A DNA stretch of 32,000 nucleotides from Caldichromatium japonicum (lineage in GTDB: Bacteria; Pseudomonadota; Gammaproteobacteria; Chromatiales; Chromatiaceae): positions 1,253,155 to 1,285,154 of the forward strand of contig NZ_CP048029.1 of the NCBI RefSeq assembly GCF_011290485.1, read 5' to 3'. The position numbers and the translations under genes were made by a program. Shown here one piece after another: positions 14,955 to 22,862 of the stretch. How positions within the stretch are numbered: position 1 is the stretch's first letter; each line of letters starts with the position of its first letter. A model generated the notes under the pieces. It saw nothing but the letters and a program-made list of their open reading frames with translations. It was not told the DNA's origin and did not search any database.

Positions 14955-15585
14955 ATGATGCGCACAGGCAAGGCGGCGAAGCGGCTTGGCGTCTCGGACA
15001 AGACCATTTGCCTGCCCAAGAGCGGTGAGGTCGCCATGACCGAGGCGTTGTGCTTCGATGGCAAGATTCTTGGTGCGACCGTTTCGCGTACTGCGGACGC
15101 TGGTTCGTCGCCGTTCAGGTTGAAGTGGTCGATGCTGCGTTCTATCGCAGGCGCATGAAACGACTGGTGTTGACCTGGGCGTTGAGGCGGACCTGGGCTT
15201 TGGCATGTTCTGCTTGCAGATGGAATACAAGGGGAAATGCTACGGCGTCTGGTTGGTTTTAGCTGATCGCTGGGATCCGAGCAGCCGCCTGTGTTCGGTC
15301 TGTGGTTGGGAGAATGAGATGTTGGCGTTGAAGGATCGGGAATGGACGTGCCCTCAATGCGGCACGCGCCATGATCGGGACATCAATGCCGCGCTCAATC
15401 TCAAACGGCTGGCAACCGCAACTGCCCTACCCGTGGCGAGTCCGTCCGGTAACGGCGGAGCTACAGCAGAGAGGGTCTCTGCCGTAGTCGGGAAAGTCAC
15501 ACCTGTCAGAGACGAATGCGCTCCGCATTCGGGGCAGGAAGAGAACAGTGCGCCTGTTTGCGCACTTTACTTGAGAGCAGGGTAG
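14955..15585 (+). pseudogene. tnpB: tnpB (IS200/IS605-family RNA-guided nuclease) pseudogene: N-terminus missing, at least 2 frameshifts, large internal deletion
   Basis: Three frames must be joined. They read ..LPKSGEVAMTEALCFDGKILGATVSRTAD / RWFVAVQVEV / ETTGVDLGVEA|DLGFGMFCLQMEYKGKCYGVWLVLADRWDPSSRLCSVCGWE..REWTCPQCGTRHDRDINAALNL. The RuvC-I DLGV runs directly into the ..EYK....G..LV.ADRW.PSS..CS.CG zinc-finger/RuvC-III part, so roughly 200 aa are absent. Confidence 0.75.
15387..15580 (+). ncRNA. Omega-RNA (reRNA)-like scaffold at the tnpB 3' end/right end (copy B)
   Basis: Its position across the tnpB 3' end, ending at the element boundary, matches known omega-RNAs. Hairpins: CGAATGCG-CTC-CGCATTCG (15513-15531) and GTGCGC-CTGTTT-GCGCAC (15548-15565). 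It is paralogous to 1261-1452, with a compensatory change in one stem. Confidence 0.45.
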
Positions 15586-15642
15586 GCTGAGCACCCGGAT
15601 GCCAACGATGTACATGGCGCTGCTGGCCAATCGCGTGCCCCC

Positions 15643-16563
15643 CTAGCGCCCAGCCAAAGCGAACTGCTCCAGCGCCCGCCGCCCTGCCCAATCGCGGGCG
15701 AATTGCCAGGCAGTGCGCCCGCTGCGCGAGCCGCGTCTCAAGGCCCATTGCAGGGCGGCGCGTTCGATCGCTGCCCAATCGCTTTCCGCAGGGGGCAGGG
15801 CCTGTGGTGCCAACCGCTTGACCCAGTGGCGCACGGTCATGAGATATTGGGCCTGGGTAAAGGGATGGAAGGCGATCCACAGCCCGAAGCGGTCGGAGAG
15901 CGAGACCTTGGCCTCGACCGACTCGCCGGGATGCAATTCGCCATCTTCGAGATAGGCAGCGCGGTTGTCGGCCTGGGATTCGGGCAAGAGATGCCGGCGG
16001 TTGGAGGTGGCATAGATCAAGAGATGCTCGGGAAGGGCGGCGATCGAACCTTCGAGCGCCGCCTTGAGTGCCGTATAGCCCGACTCGCCCGGCTCAAAGG
16101 CAAGGTCGTCGCAAAACAGGACGAAGCGCTCGGGGCGGTCGCGGATCAGGTCGAGGATCTCTGGCAATGACCCGAGGTCCTCTTTACCGACCTCGATGAG
16201 CCTCAGTCCCTGATCGCTATATTCGTTGAGGATCGCCTTGACCAGGGAAGACTTGCCGGTCCCACGCGCGCCCCATAACAGGGCATGATTAGCCCCGCCG
16301 CCGGCCAAAAACTGGCGGGTATTGCGCTCGAGCTCGGCGATCTGGCGTTCGAGACAACAGAGATCGGAAAGCGCGATCCGCTGCGGTGCCTGAACCGGCT
16401 GCAACCAGCCCTGCCGCCAGCGCCAGGCGAGCGCTGACCAATCAGGTGCGGGTTCGGCAGGCGGTAGGCTCGCCTCGATCCGGGCGAGCAACTGTTCTAG
16501 TCGGGCGATGAATCGGAGTGGATAAATCTCAGGGTCTGCTGGATCGGTGGGATGATCTGGCAT
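15643..16563 (-). CDS. DUF815-family AAA-type ATP-binding protein
   Basis: LLWGARGTGKSSLVKAILNEY..LRLIEV....L..LP.ILDLIRDRPERFVLFCDDLAFE......YTALKA.LEGS......LLIYATSNRRHLLPE is the characteristic DUF815 (PF05673) pattern. The start was taken at 16563 (MPDHPTD), before the REP-like repeats. Confidence 0.7.
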   Translation of the reverse strand: MPDHPTDPADPEIYPLRFIARLEQLLARIEASLPPAEPAPDWSALAWRWRQGWLQPVQAPQRIALSDLCCLERQIAELERNTRQFLAGGGANHALLWGARGTGKSSLVKAILNEYSDQGLRLIEVGKEDLGSLPEILDLIRDRPERFVLFCDDLAFEPGESGYTALKAALEGSIAALPEHLLIYATSNRRHLLPESQADNRAAYLEDGELHPGESVEAKVSLSDRFGLWIAFHPFTQAQYLMTVRHWVKRLAPQALPPAESDWAAIERAALQWALRRGSRSGRTAWQFARDWAGRRALEQFALAGR

Positions 16564-16582
16564 GAATGTATCTACGGACATA

Positions 16583-16662
16583 TAGGGTGGGCAGGGCGTG
16601 TCCAGGCGTAACGGCCATTCAGATCGTTTCATGTGGGCAATCCCCGGGGTTGCCCACCCTAC
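16583..16662. repeat. Pair of REP-like units: TAGGGTGGGCA (16583-16593) and hairpin GTGGGCAA-TCCCCGGGG-TTGCCCAC-CCTAC (16633-16662)
   Basis: An 8-bp perfect stem with a palindromic loop. The two GTAGGGTGGGCA-type units face each other in the divergent intergenic region between the DUF815 and ureohydrolase genes. Confidence 0.6.
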
Positions 16663-16688
16663 TGAGCTCTAACGAGGGTCATGCCGCC

Positions 16689-17696
16689 ATGAACGACAAC
16701 CCCGCCTTCGGCGCCCATCTGCAACCCCTGATGGGGATCACGAGTTTCATGCGCCAGCCGGCAAGCCGCGACCTGAGCAATACAGACGCGGTCATCCTCG
16801 GCATCCCCTATGATAGCGCCGTCTCCTACCGCAGCGGGGCGCGTTTTGGGCCGCGCAAGATCAGGGAGCTTTCGGTCTTGCTCTGGGGACACCATCCGGC
16901 CCTCAAGGTTAGCCCTCTGGAGCATCTTAGGCTCATCGATTATGGTGATGTCGAGGTGGTGCCGACCTCGATCCTCTACACCATGGAGGCGATAGAGGCC
17001 ACAGCCGCAGAGATCATCGCCAGCGGCGCTGTGCTGATCGCACTCGGCGGGGACCATAGCATCACCCTGCCGCTGTTACGCGCCCATGCCCGAAGATACG
17101 GGCCGCTTGCGCTCGTCCATCTCGACGCCCATCTGGACACCTGGGAGAGCGAGTTTGCAGCCGTCCCCTATAGCCATGGCACCCCCTTCCGCCATGCCTT
17201 GCAAGAAGGCTTGATCCGCAAGGGCGCCTATGTCCAGATCGGGATCCGCGGACCGGTGATGGGGCCTGCCGATTATGCCGAGGCGCGGGCGCTGGGCGCC
17301 TATACGGTCACCGCCCAGGCGATTATGGAGAGGGGTATCCCCGATGTCTTGGCAGAGATCCTGCCGCGGCTTGCAGGGCCTGTGTATCTCAGCCTGGATA
17401 TTGATATCGCCGACCCCGCCTATGCGCCGGGGACAGGCACACCCGAGGTCGGGGGGCTTACGAGCCATCAGTTGTTGCAATTGGTGCGCGGACTCAAGGG
17501 GCTTAACCTCATCGGCTTTGACCTGGTCGAGGTCTGTCCGCCCTATGATTGCGGCGAGATCACCGCCATCCTCGCCGCCAACCTGGTCTTTGAGTATCTC
17601 TCGCTCTTGGCGCTCAAGCGGTCTTTAAGACCTCGAGATATTCCTGAGGCAGGCGCAGGACCCAGCCACGAAATGGGAGATCCAGGCTGCCGCTGA
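16689..17696 (+). CDS. Agmatinase-family ureohydrolase (agmatinase/guanidino-acid hydrolase type)
   Basis: Mn-binding motifs GGDHSITLP, HLDAHLDTW and SLDIDIADPAYAPGTGTPEVGG, plus FDLVEVCPPYD. The start MNDNPAF at 16689 is preceded by GAGGG. Substrate cannot be assigned from sequence alone. Confidence 0.85.
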   Translation: MNDNPAFGAHLQPLMGITSFMRQPASRDLSNTDAVILGIPYDSAVSYRSGARFGPRKIRELSVLLWGHHPALKVSPLEHLRLIDYGDVEVVPTSILYTMEAIEATAAEIIASGAVLIALGGDHSITLPLLRAHARRYGPLALVHLDAHLDTWESEFAAVPYSHGTPFRHALQEGLIRKGAYVQIGIRGPVMGPADYAEARALGAYTVTAQAIMERGIPDVLAEILPRLAGPVYLSLDIDIADPAYAPGTGTPEVGGLTSHQLLQLVRGLKGLNLIGFDLVEVCPPYDCGEITAILAANLVFEYLSLLALKRSLRPRDIPEAGAGPSHEMGDPGCR

Positions 17697-18474
17697 ACCA
17701 GCGCGGCGCTTCGTCTGCTGAAGACTCGACGATGTATGAACCCAGCCAACCGAGCCGGGTATGGGGGTCATCCAGACGGGTCTGATCCGCCCAGGTCGCA
17801 AGCCGGTCCATAAAGCCCTGATCTTCGATGATGTCGGCCTTCAGGCGCGTTGCCAACCCCAGCAACAAGAGTTGGCGGTATTCAGCCTCATAGTCGAACC
17901 CATCGCCGACTGGCTGTTCGGCGGCGAGGTCCCAGAGGGCAAGCGGACGGCGGTTTAGGAGATAGAGATAGAGCTCATGCAGGTCGCGCCAGCTCCCGGG
18001 CGGGAGGGCCGCTCTATACTGGATGACATAGCGGATCTGACGACCCGCAAAGCGAAACAGGTTGCGGATGAGCCACAGCCGCTGCTGGGATTCGCGCTCA
18101 CCGGGGAAGGGGTGGTGTTTATCGAACAGGTGCAAGGCATGGTCGAGATTGACGAACATCAGCCTTCCTAGGCGCTGTTCGAGGGTCAATCCGGATTCGC
18201 CCCGACCGGCGCGCGGCTTGGGCAGTCCGGCGCAGACCTTGAGCACCGGAGTCTTGAGGAGCGACAGGATGCCCAGCCGTCGCCCCAGCGGTAGTTCAGA
18301 CCTCCGCAGCATCTCCAGGACCTGCAACAAAGCCGGCCCTGCCTGCAACACACCGCGCACCTTGAGGTCCCCCACCCAGTCCTCAAGGGCCTGCGGGTCT
18401 GCATCCAGGCGCGGCGGCGCCCGCTCAAATTGTCCCAGGGATACAGGGATCGAAGAGGAGTCGCTGCTATACAT
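17614..18474 (-). CDS. Hypothetical protein (286 aa)
   Basis: Long ORF with genome-typical GC3-rich codons. The N-terminal pattern ..ALEDWVGDL.....AGPALLQVLEMLRRSELPLGRRLGILSLLKTPV.. resembles, from memory only, the N-terminal region of large PilZ-type c-di-GMP-binding proteins. No PilZ motif is present. The 3' end overlaps the ureohydrolase ORF by 83 nt. Confidence 0.5.
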   Translation of the reverse strand: MYSSDSSSIPVSLGQFERAPPRLDADPQALEDWVGDLKVRGVLQAGPALLQVLEMLRRSELPLGRRLGILSLLKTPVLKVCAGLPKPRAGRGESGLTLEQRLGRLMFVNLDHALHLFDKHHPFPGERESQQRLWLIRNLFRFAGRQIRYVIQYRAALPPGSWRDLHELYLYLLNRRPLALWDLAAEQPVGDGFDYEAEYRQLLLLGLATRLKADIIEDQGFMDRLATWADQTRLDDPHTRLGWLGSYIVESSADEAPRWFSGSLDLPFRGWVLRLPQEYLEVLKTA

Positions 18475-18625
18475 GGTCTCTTCCTGCCCAGGCGCTGGGC
18501 GGCTTGCCGCTCTCTTATTCGTAAGATTAACCGCCAGCTAAGCCGCCAAACTGTGGACCTGTTCCCATTTTGACTAAATGTCACTGGTCTTTGGTCTTGA
18601 CTGCTCTGACGGTGGGACAGGGTTA

Positions 18626-19178
18626 TTGATAAGAAACACATGTTTTTGAAATTGAGTGAGCTGTCCTGATGTCGTGGGCATGGAAAGACGAGACATGAGA
18701 TTGCTGTCGTTTGCGGCGCGCGAAGGGGCCCAAGGACAAGGGGGGTGGGCGCAAGGTGGGTGAGAAGCGGGCGCTGTTGGCGGAGCAGGACGCCCAGATA
18801 CGCAAGCTCATGTGCGACGGGACACCGGATGAGCTGAAGCTGCCGTTTGCGCTGTGGAGCCGGCAGGCGGTGCGGCAGTTGATCCTCGGCTGTTTTGGCA
18901 TCGAGCTCAGGCCGCAGGGGGAGGGCAAGTACTTGGTGCGCTGGGGATTGACGCCCCAGAAACCGATTCGGCGCGCCTATGAGCAAAGCCCGCCGGCGGG
19001 CAAGACGTGGCTTGAGGAGACCTACCCGGACATTGCCCGGCGCGCCAAGGGCGATCTGAAGAAGGCGACCGTCAGCCACCTGCGCCGCCTTCTCAATTCT
19101 CCCAACGCATCATGCGCTACTTCCAGCATCCCAAGCTCCATGATGCCGCGTAATATAAGTTCATTGGTTTCGGATCAA
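18626..19178 (+). mobile_element. IS630-family-derived non-autonomous element (553 bp) with TA target duplication; transposase gene deleted and frameshifted (copy 2)
   Basis: Terminal inverted repeats are TTGATAAGAAACACATG (18626-) and the reverse complement of CATTGGTTTCGGATCAA (-19178); 13 of the 17 positions match. TA flanks both ends (18624-18625 and 19179-19180). The coding remnant reads ..GGGRKVGEKRAL...DELKLPFALWSRQAVRQLI...FGIEL......YLVRWGLTPQKPIRRAYEQSP.....WLEETYPDIARRAK. It then jumps to the C-terminal ..VSHLRRLLNSP.., so the DDE core is missing. Confidence 0.75.
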
Positions 19179-19282
19179 TAAAACTCCGGTCGAGCAGTGG
19201 ATGGCGACAGCTTGTCGCCCTTTCGCCTGGGATCTAGACCCCGGCCTAGCCCTTGAACGGTAGCGGGAATCTTGCGGGCGTT

Positions 19283-20272
19283 TCAACCCATTGCCTTGAG
19301 GACGGCGCGGGTCTCTTCGGCAGGAAGACGCGGGCCGAACTGGGTGACCAGCTTGGCCGCGGCCGCTGCCGCAAGCTCGCCGGCACGCCGATGATCGAAG
19401 CCGTGGGTCAGGCCATAGAGAAAGGCCCCGGCGAACATATCACCCGCGCCGACCGTGTCCACCGCCTTGATGCGGACCGGCGGGATCTCGATCAACTGGG
19501 CGCCGTCCCACACCAGTGCGCCATCCGATCCCAGGGTGATGACAAAACTGCGCGCGAGCGTCTTGAAATATCCGACCGCCTGGTGGAGATCCTCTGAGCC
19601 GGCCATCCCCATGGCCTCGAAGGCATTGGCAAACAGAAGGTCCACCCCCCCGCCGATCATTTCTAAGAGGCCCTTTTTGAAATACTTGACCATATTGGGG
19701 TCAGAGAGCGACAAGGCCGTCTTGACCCCCGAGCCCTCTGCGATCCGCTTGGCCGCGATGACCGTCTCACGCGCCGAGTCCGAGGTCACCAGATAGCCCT
19801 CGGTATAGAACCATTCCGACTCACGCAATGCCTCCTCGACCAGCTCTTGGATCGAGAGATTGCCGCTGACCCCCAGGAAGGTGCACATGGTGCGGTCGGT
19901 GTCCGGGGTCACCAAGACCAGACAGCGCCCCGTGTGCCCCTGGTCCTTTTCGGTGTGATGGTTGGTGTCCACCCCCGCTGCGATCAGGTCGTGCATATAG
20001 AAATGACCGAGATCGTCGTCGGCCACCTTGCAGGAATAGAAACACCGTCCACCGAACTGGGCGCAGGCAATGATCGAATTGGCCGCCGAGCCGCCAGAGG
20101 CGCGCCCGTGGTGACGGTCTTTGAGATGGTCCATGATCCTAAGCTGTTGGTGTTCATCGACCAGGGTCATTACCCCCTTGTCGATCCCGAGGACACCCAG
20201 GTCCTCGTGCCTCACCTGGTATTCCAGATCGACCAGGGCATTGCCGATGCCATAGATGTGATACTGGGTCAT
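19283..20272 (-). CDS. PfkB-family adenosine kinase
   Basis: MTQYHIYGIGNALVDLEY..., ..ASGGSAANS.. and the PfkB signature VDTVGAGDMFAGAFLYG. Overall similarity is to bacterial adenosine kinases of the ribokinase family. Confidence 0.75.
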   Translation of the reverse strand: MTQYHIYGIGNALVDLEYQVRHEDLGVLGIDKGVMTLVDEHQQLRIMDHLKDRHHGRASGGSAANSIIACAQFGGRCFYSCKVADDDLGHFYMHDLIAAGVDTNHHTEKDQGHTGRCLVLVTPDTDRTMCTFLGVSGNLSIQELVEEALRESEWFYTEGYLVTSDSARETVIAAKRIAEGSGVKTALSLSDPNMVKYFKKGLLEMIGGGVDLLFANAFEAMGMAGSEDLHQAVGYFKTLARSFVITLGSDGALVWDGAQLIEIPPVRIKAVDTVGAGDMFAGAFLYGLTHGFDHRRAGELAAAAAAKLVTQFGPRLPAEETRAVLKAMG

Positions 20273-20677
20273 TGATGCTTGCTGCAAGGGTTAACAAAGA
20301 CAGAACGCCCATTCTAACGGCCAATCTCGCCCCGGGGCGCGGTTTAAGGATCGACGGAGCTTAGCGGACCGCTTCGCTGACCTGTCCACAGGAAGCGCTT
20401 GCCGCTATCTGTCGCATCCCGGACGATTGCATCATACTGCGCAGGCGCGATTATCTGCCTGATCTGGCAATCCCACATGCGTTTCATCGAGGGCAATCCC
20501 TGGGAACAATGGTGGATCTTGGAACTGTGTGGCAACCACTGCCGGTTCGTACAGACGTTGCCCTAGCCTCCATGGGCCTTAACCCGGCACAATAACGCCT
20601 GCTGGGATCTCCGGGACGCGCCTGCCCTGAGCCTTTCGGCTGCAGGCGCGCTGAGTCAGCGGGTGTGCGGGAGCGTC

Positions 20678-21187
20678 ATGAAACGTAGATTGAATCCATT
20701 GCTGCTGATCGGTCTGACCGGTGTCTCGATCAGCGGCGCCTTGTTTGGGATGGACTATGGGCGGGCGATCGGGGGCGATCCAAACATCTGGTCGCCGAAG
20801 GAGCTGGCGCTTCCTTTAGAGCAGACGGCGGGCCATTTCCAGATCTTGTTCGATGGCGAGCCGCTCGCCGATCATCTGGCGCGCAACTCGCTCACCGCCC
20901 TGGGACCGGAGGGATTGGCCTATTTCGTGACGCCCGAGATGGTGCGGGTACGGCTGAACAACTGGCCTGAGATCCGGGGATCTCTGTTTCACGTTGCGGT
21001 CTATTCGGCCTTGGGTCTGGGGGCGAGCATTGCCTGTCTGATCATCGGTCTCATCGAGTCTTTACGTCCGCTAGGGGCGCGTCGGCAGATGGCCAACGCG
21101 CAGGCCGATCGCCCCGCGGCTCCGAGACAGACAGGTCTCTTCAAACCAGATCAGACGACAAGACCGTCTGCATGGCGGCGGGGATGA
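20678..21187 (+). CDS. Hypothetical membrane protein (two predicted TM segments)
   Basis: MKRRLNPLLLIGLTGVSISGALFGM (TM1) and ..LFHVAVYSALGLGASIACLIIGLI (TM2). GGGAG lies 5 nt upstream of the ATG at 20678. The 3' end overlaps the cydC 3' end by 47 nt. Confidence 0.5.
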   Translation: MKRRLNPLLLIGLTGVSISGALFGMDYGRAIGGDPNIWSPKELALPLEQTAGHFQILFDGEPLADHLARNSLTALGPEGLAYFVTPEMVRVRLNNWPEIRGSLFHVAVYSALGLGASIACLIIGLIESLRPLGARRQMANAQADRPAAPRQTGLFKPDQTTRPSAWRRG

Positions 21188-22862
21188 CCGAGCGATCCCC
21201 GTAGGCGCTGACCCTGCCGCGATCGAGCACCAGGATCTTATCCGCCCAATCGAGACCCGCCGGGCGATGGGCGATGAGGAGCACAGTGCGTCCCGCCATC
21301 AACCGATCTAGTGCCTGCATCAGGTTGCGCTCAGTAGCGGCATCTAGACCTTCAGTCGGCTCATCCAGCAGCAGGATGGGTGCGTCCTTGAGCAGGGCGC
21401 GGGCGATGGCGACGCGCCGCGCCTGTCCCCCGGAGAGCTTGACCCCAGTCTCTCCCACCCAGGTGTCATAGCCCTCGGGAAGCGCTGCGATAAAATCATG
21501 GATCTGGGCAACGCGGCAGGCGGATTCGATCTGATCTTGGGTTGCATTGGGGTTGGCGATGAGCAGATTGTCGCGGATGTTGGCGGCAAAGAGGTGGGTA
21601 TGCTGGCTGACCACGGCGATCGAACGGCGCAGATCATCGCCCTGGAACAGGCGGATGTCATCCCCCCCGATCGCGATGGTCCCGGCATCTGGCTCCCAGA
21701 ATCGCAAGATCAGATGAAAAAGCGTGCTCTTGCCCGAGCCTGTGGGTCCTAGGATCGCCAGGCGCCCGCCCTCGGGTACCTCGAGATCGAGTCCGACGAG
21801 CGCAGGCTCGGTCGCACCTGGATAGGTGAAGCTCAGGCCCTGACAGCGGATATCGAAGCGCTTAGGCCGGGGGGAGGGGGTGGGTGGGTCGATCACCTCG
21901 GGTTTGGCATCGACGATGGCAAATAGCCGCCTGGCAGCGGCCAGCGTCCGCCCAAGTATCTGAAAGGCTGCAGGCAAGGGGGCCACTGCCTCGAAGCTGG
22001 CGATGATAAAGAGCGCAAGCAGGGCCAGGACAGGTGGCTCGATCTGCCCACCCTCGACCAGGGGGACCGCGATCCAGAGCATGACCCATAGGCTCAAGCC
22101 TGCGCACAGCCCAACCCCTGCCTGGGTCAGGGCCTGATCGCTGGCGAGACGCCCTTGGTCGGTGATCATCTGTCTGCTTAAACCATCGATCCGCTTTGCC
22201 TGACGCTCGGCGGCGCCATAGACGCTGAGCTCAGCGAGCCCCTGGAGGCCATCAACGACCGCAGCGCGCAGGGCTCCTTCGTCCTCGGCCAGCCGCTTGC
22301 CGGGGATGCGCCCGCGTCGCTCGGCCCAAATGGGGAGCCCTACACCCGCGACTCCCCAAAAGACCAGGGCGGAGAGGGCCAACAGCGGATGAAAGCTCGC
22401 CAAAAAGAAGCTGAAGAACAGCGTCGCCATGTTGGCCACTGCGACCGGCACCAGGACTCGCACATAGAGCCCATCCAGGGCATCGATGTCGGCGCGGATA
22501 CGGCTTAAGAGATCCCCGCTGTGATAGCGTTGGAGGCGAGCTGGGGCCAGGGGTTCGAGGTGCTCATAGAACCAGACGCGAAGCCTGGCGATCAGGCGGA
22601 AGGTCGCCTCGTGATTGATCAGGCGCTCGCCGTAGCGCCCGGCAGTGCGGATGATGGCGCTCGCCCGGATCAGGGCCGCAGGAGTGAAATAGTTCATCGC
22701 CGTGCCCGTTGCTCCAGCCGCCGCCATTGCCGTCAAAAACCAGGCCGACGTACTCATCAGGGCAATATTGGCCAGGAGTGTGATCAGGGCCACCGAAATG
22801 CCGAGCAGCATCCAGCCGCGATAGGGGACAAACAAGGACCACAGGCGGCGAAGCGCGTTCAT
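21141..22862 (-). CDS. cydC: Thiol reductant (cysteine/glutathione) ABC exporter subunit CydC
   Basis: N-terminus MNALRRLWSLFVPYRGWMLLGI, six-TM domain, Walker A GPTGSGKST, LSGGQARRVAIARAL, LLLDEPTEGLD. ATGA overlap with cydD. Confidence 0.85.
   Translation of the reverse strand: MNALRRLWSLFVPYRGWMLLGISVALITLLANIALMSTSAWFLTAMAAAGATGTAMNYFTPAALIRASAIIRTAGRYGERLINHEATFRLIARLRVWFYEHLEPLAPARLQRYHSGDLLSRIRADIDALDGLYVRVLVPVAVANMATLFFSFFLASFHPLLALSALVFWGVAGVGLPIWAERRGRIPGKRLAEDEGALRAAVVDGLQGLAELSVYGAAERQAKRIDGLSRQMITDQGRLASDQALTQAGVGLCAGLSLWVMLWIAVPLVEGGQIEPPVLALLALFIIASFEAVAPLPAAFQILGRTLAAARRLFAIVDAKPEVIDPPTPSPRPKRFDIRCQGLSFTYPGATEPALVGLDLEVPEGGRLAILGPTGSGKSTLFHLILRFWEPDAGTIAIGGDDIRLFQGDDLRRSIAVVSQHTHLFAANIRDNLLIANPNATQDQIESACRVAQIHDFIAALPEGYDTWVGETGVKLSGGQARRVAIARALLKDAPILLLDEPTEGLDAATERNLMQALDRLMAGRTVLLIAHRPAGLDWADKILVLDRGRVSAYGDRSVIPAAMQTVLSSDLV

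Noticed and set aside
18186-19079. 297-aa ORF on the minus strand, the longest ORF in this area
   Set aside because: It is antisense to the IS630 remnant and overlaps the 5' end of the 17614-18474 gene. Its composition is Arg/Leu/Pro/Gln-rich, typical of an out-of-frame shadow in GC-rich DNA, and it has no recognisable motifs.
19215-19231. Hairpin GGCGACA-gct-TGTCGCC after the IS630 relic and adenosine kinase 3' end, as a possible terminator
   Set aside because: The stem is short. Only a weak CTTTCG follows on the plus strand and there is no U-tract on the minus strand, so it is not convincing for either convergent transcript.
20333-20400. GGGGCGCGGTTTAAGGATCGACGGAG resembles the tmRNA 5' end (GGGGCTGATTCTGGATTCGACGGGA)
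   Set aside because: There is no matching 3' acceptor half (..GCCCCACCA), no T-arm GGTTCGAATCC, and no tag-peptide reading frame (..ANDENYALAA-like) within the following 400 nt. The space runs into a CDS, so the match is probably chance.
20344-20535. 63-aa ORF (TTG start) in the 390-nt gap
   Set aside because: It has a non-ATG start, no clear SD and no recognisable motif. Its GC3 bias is noticeably weaker than in neighbouring genes. I kept it only as a possibility under the gap finding.
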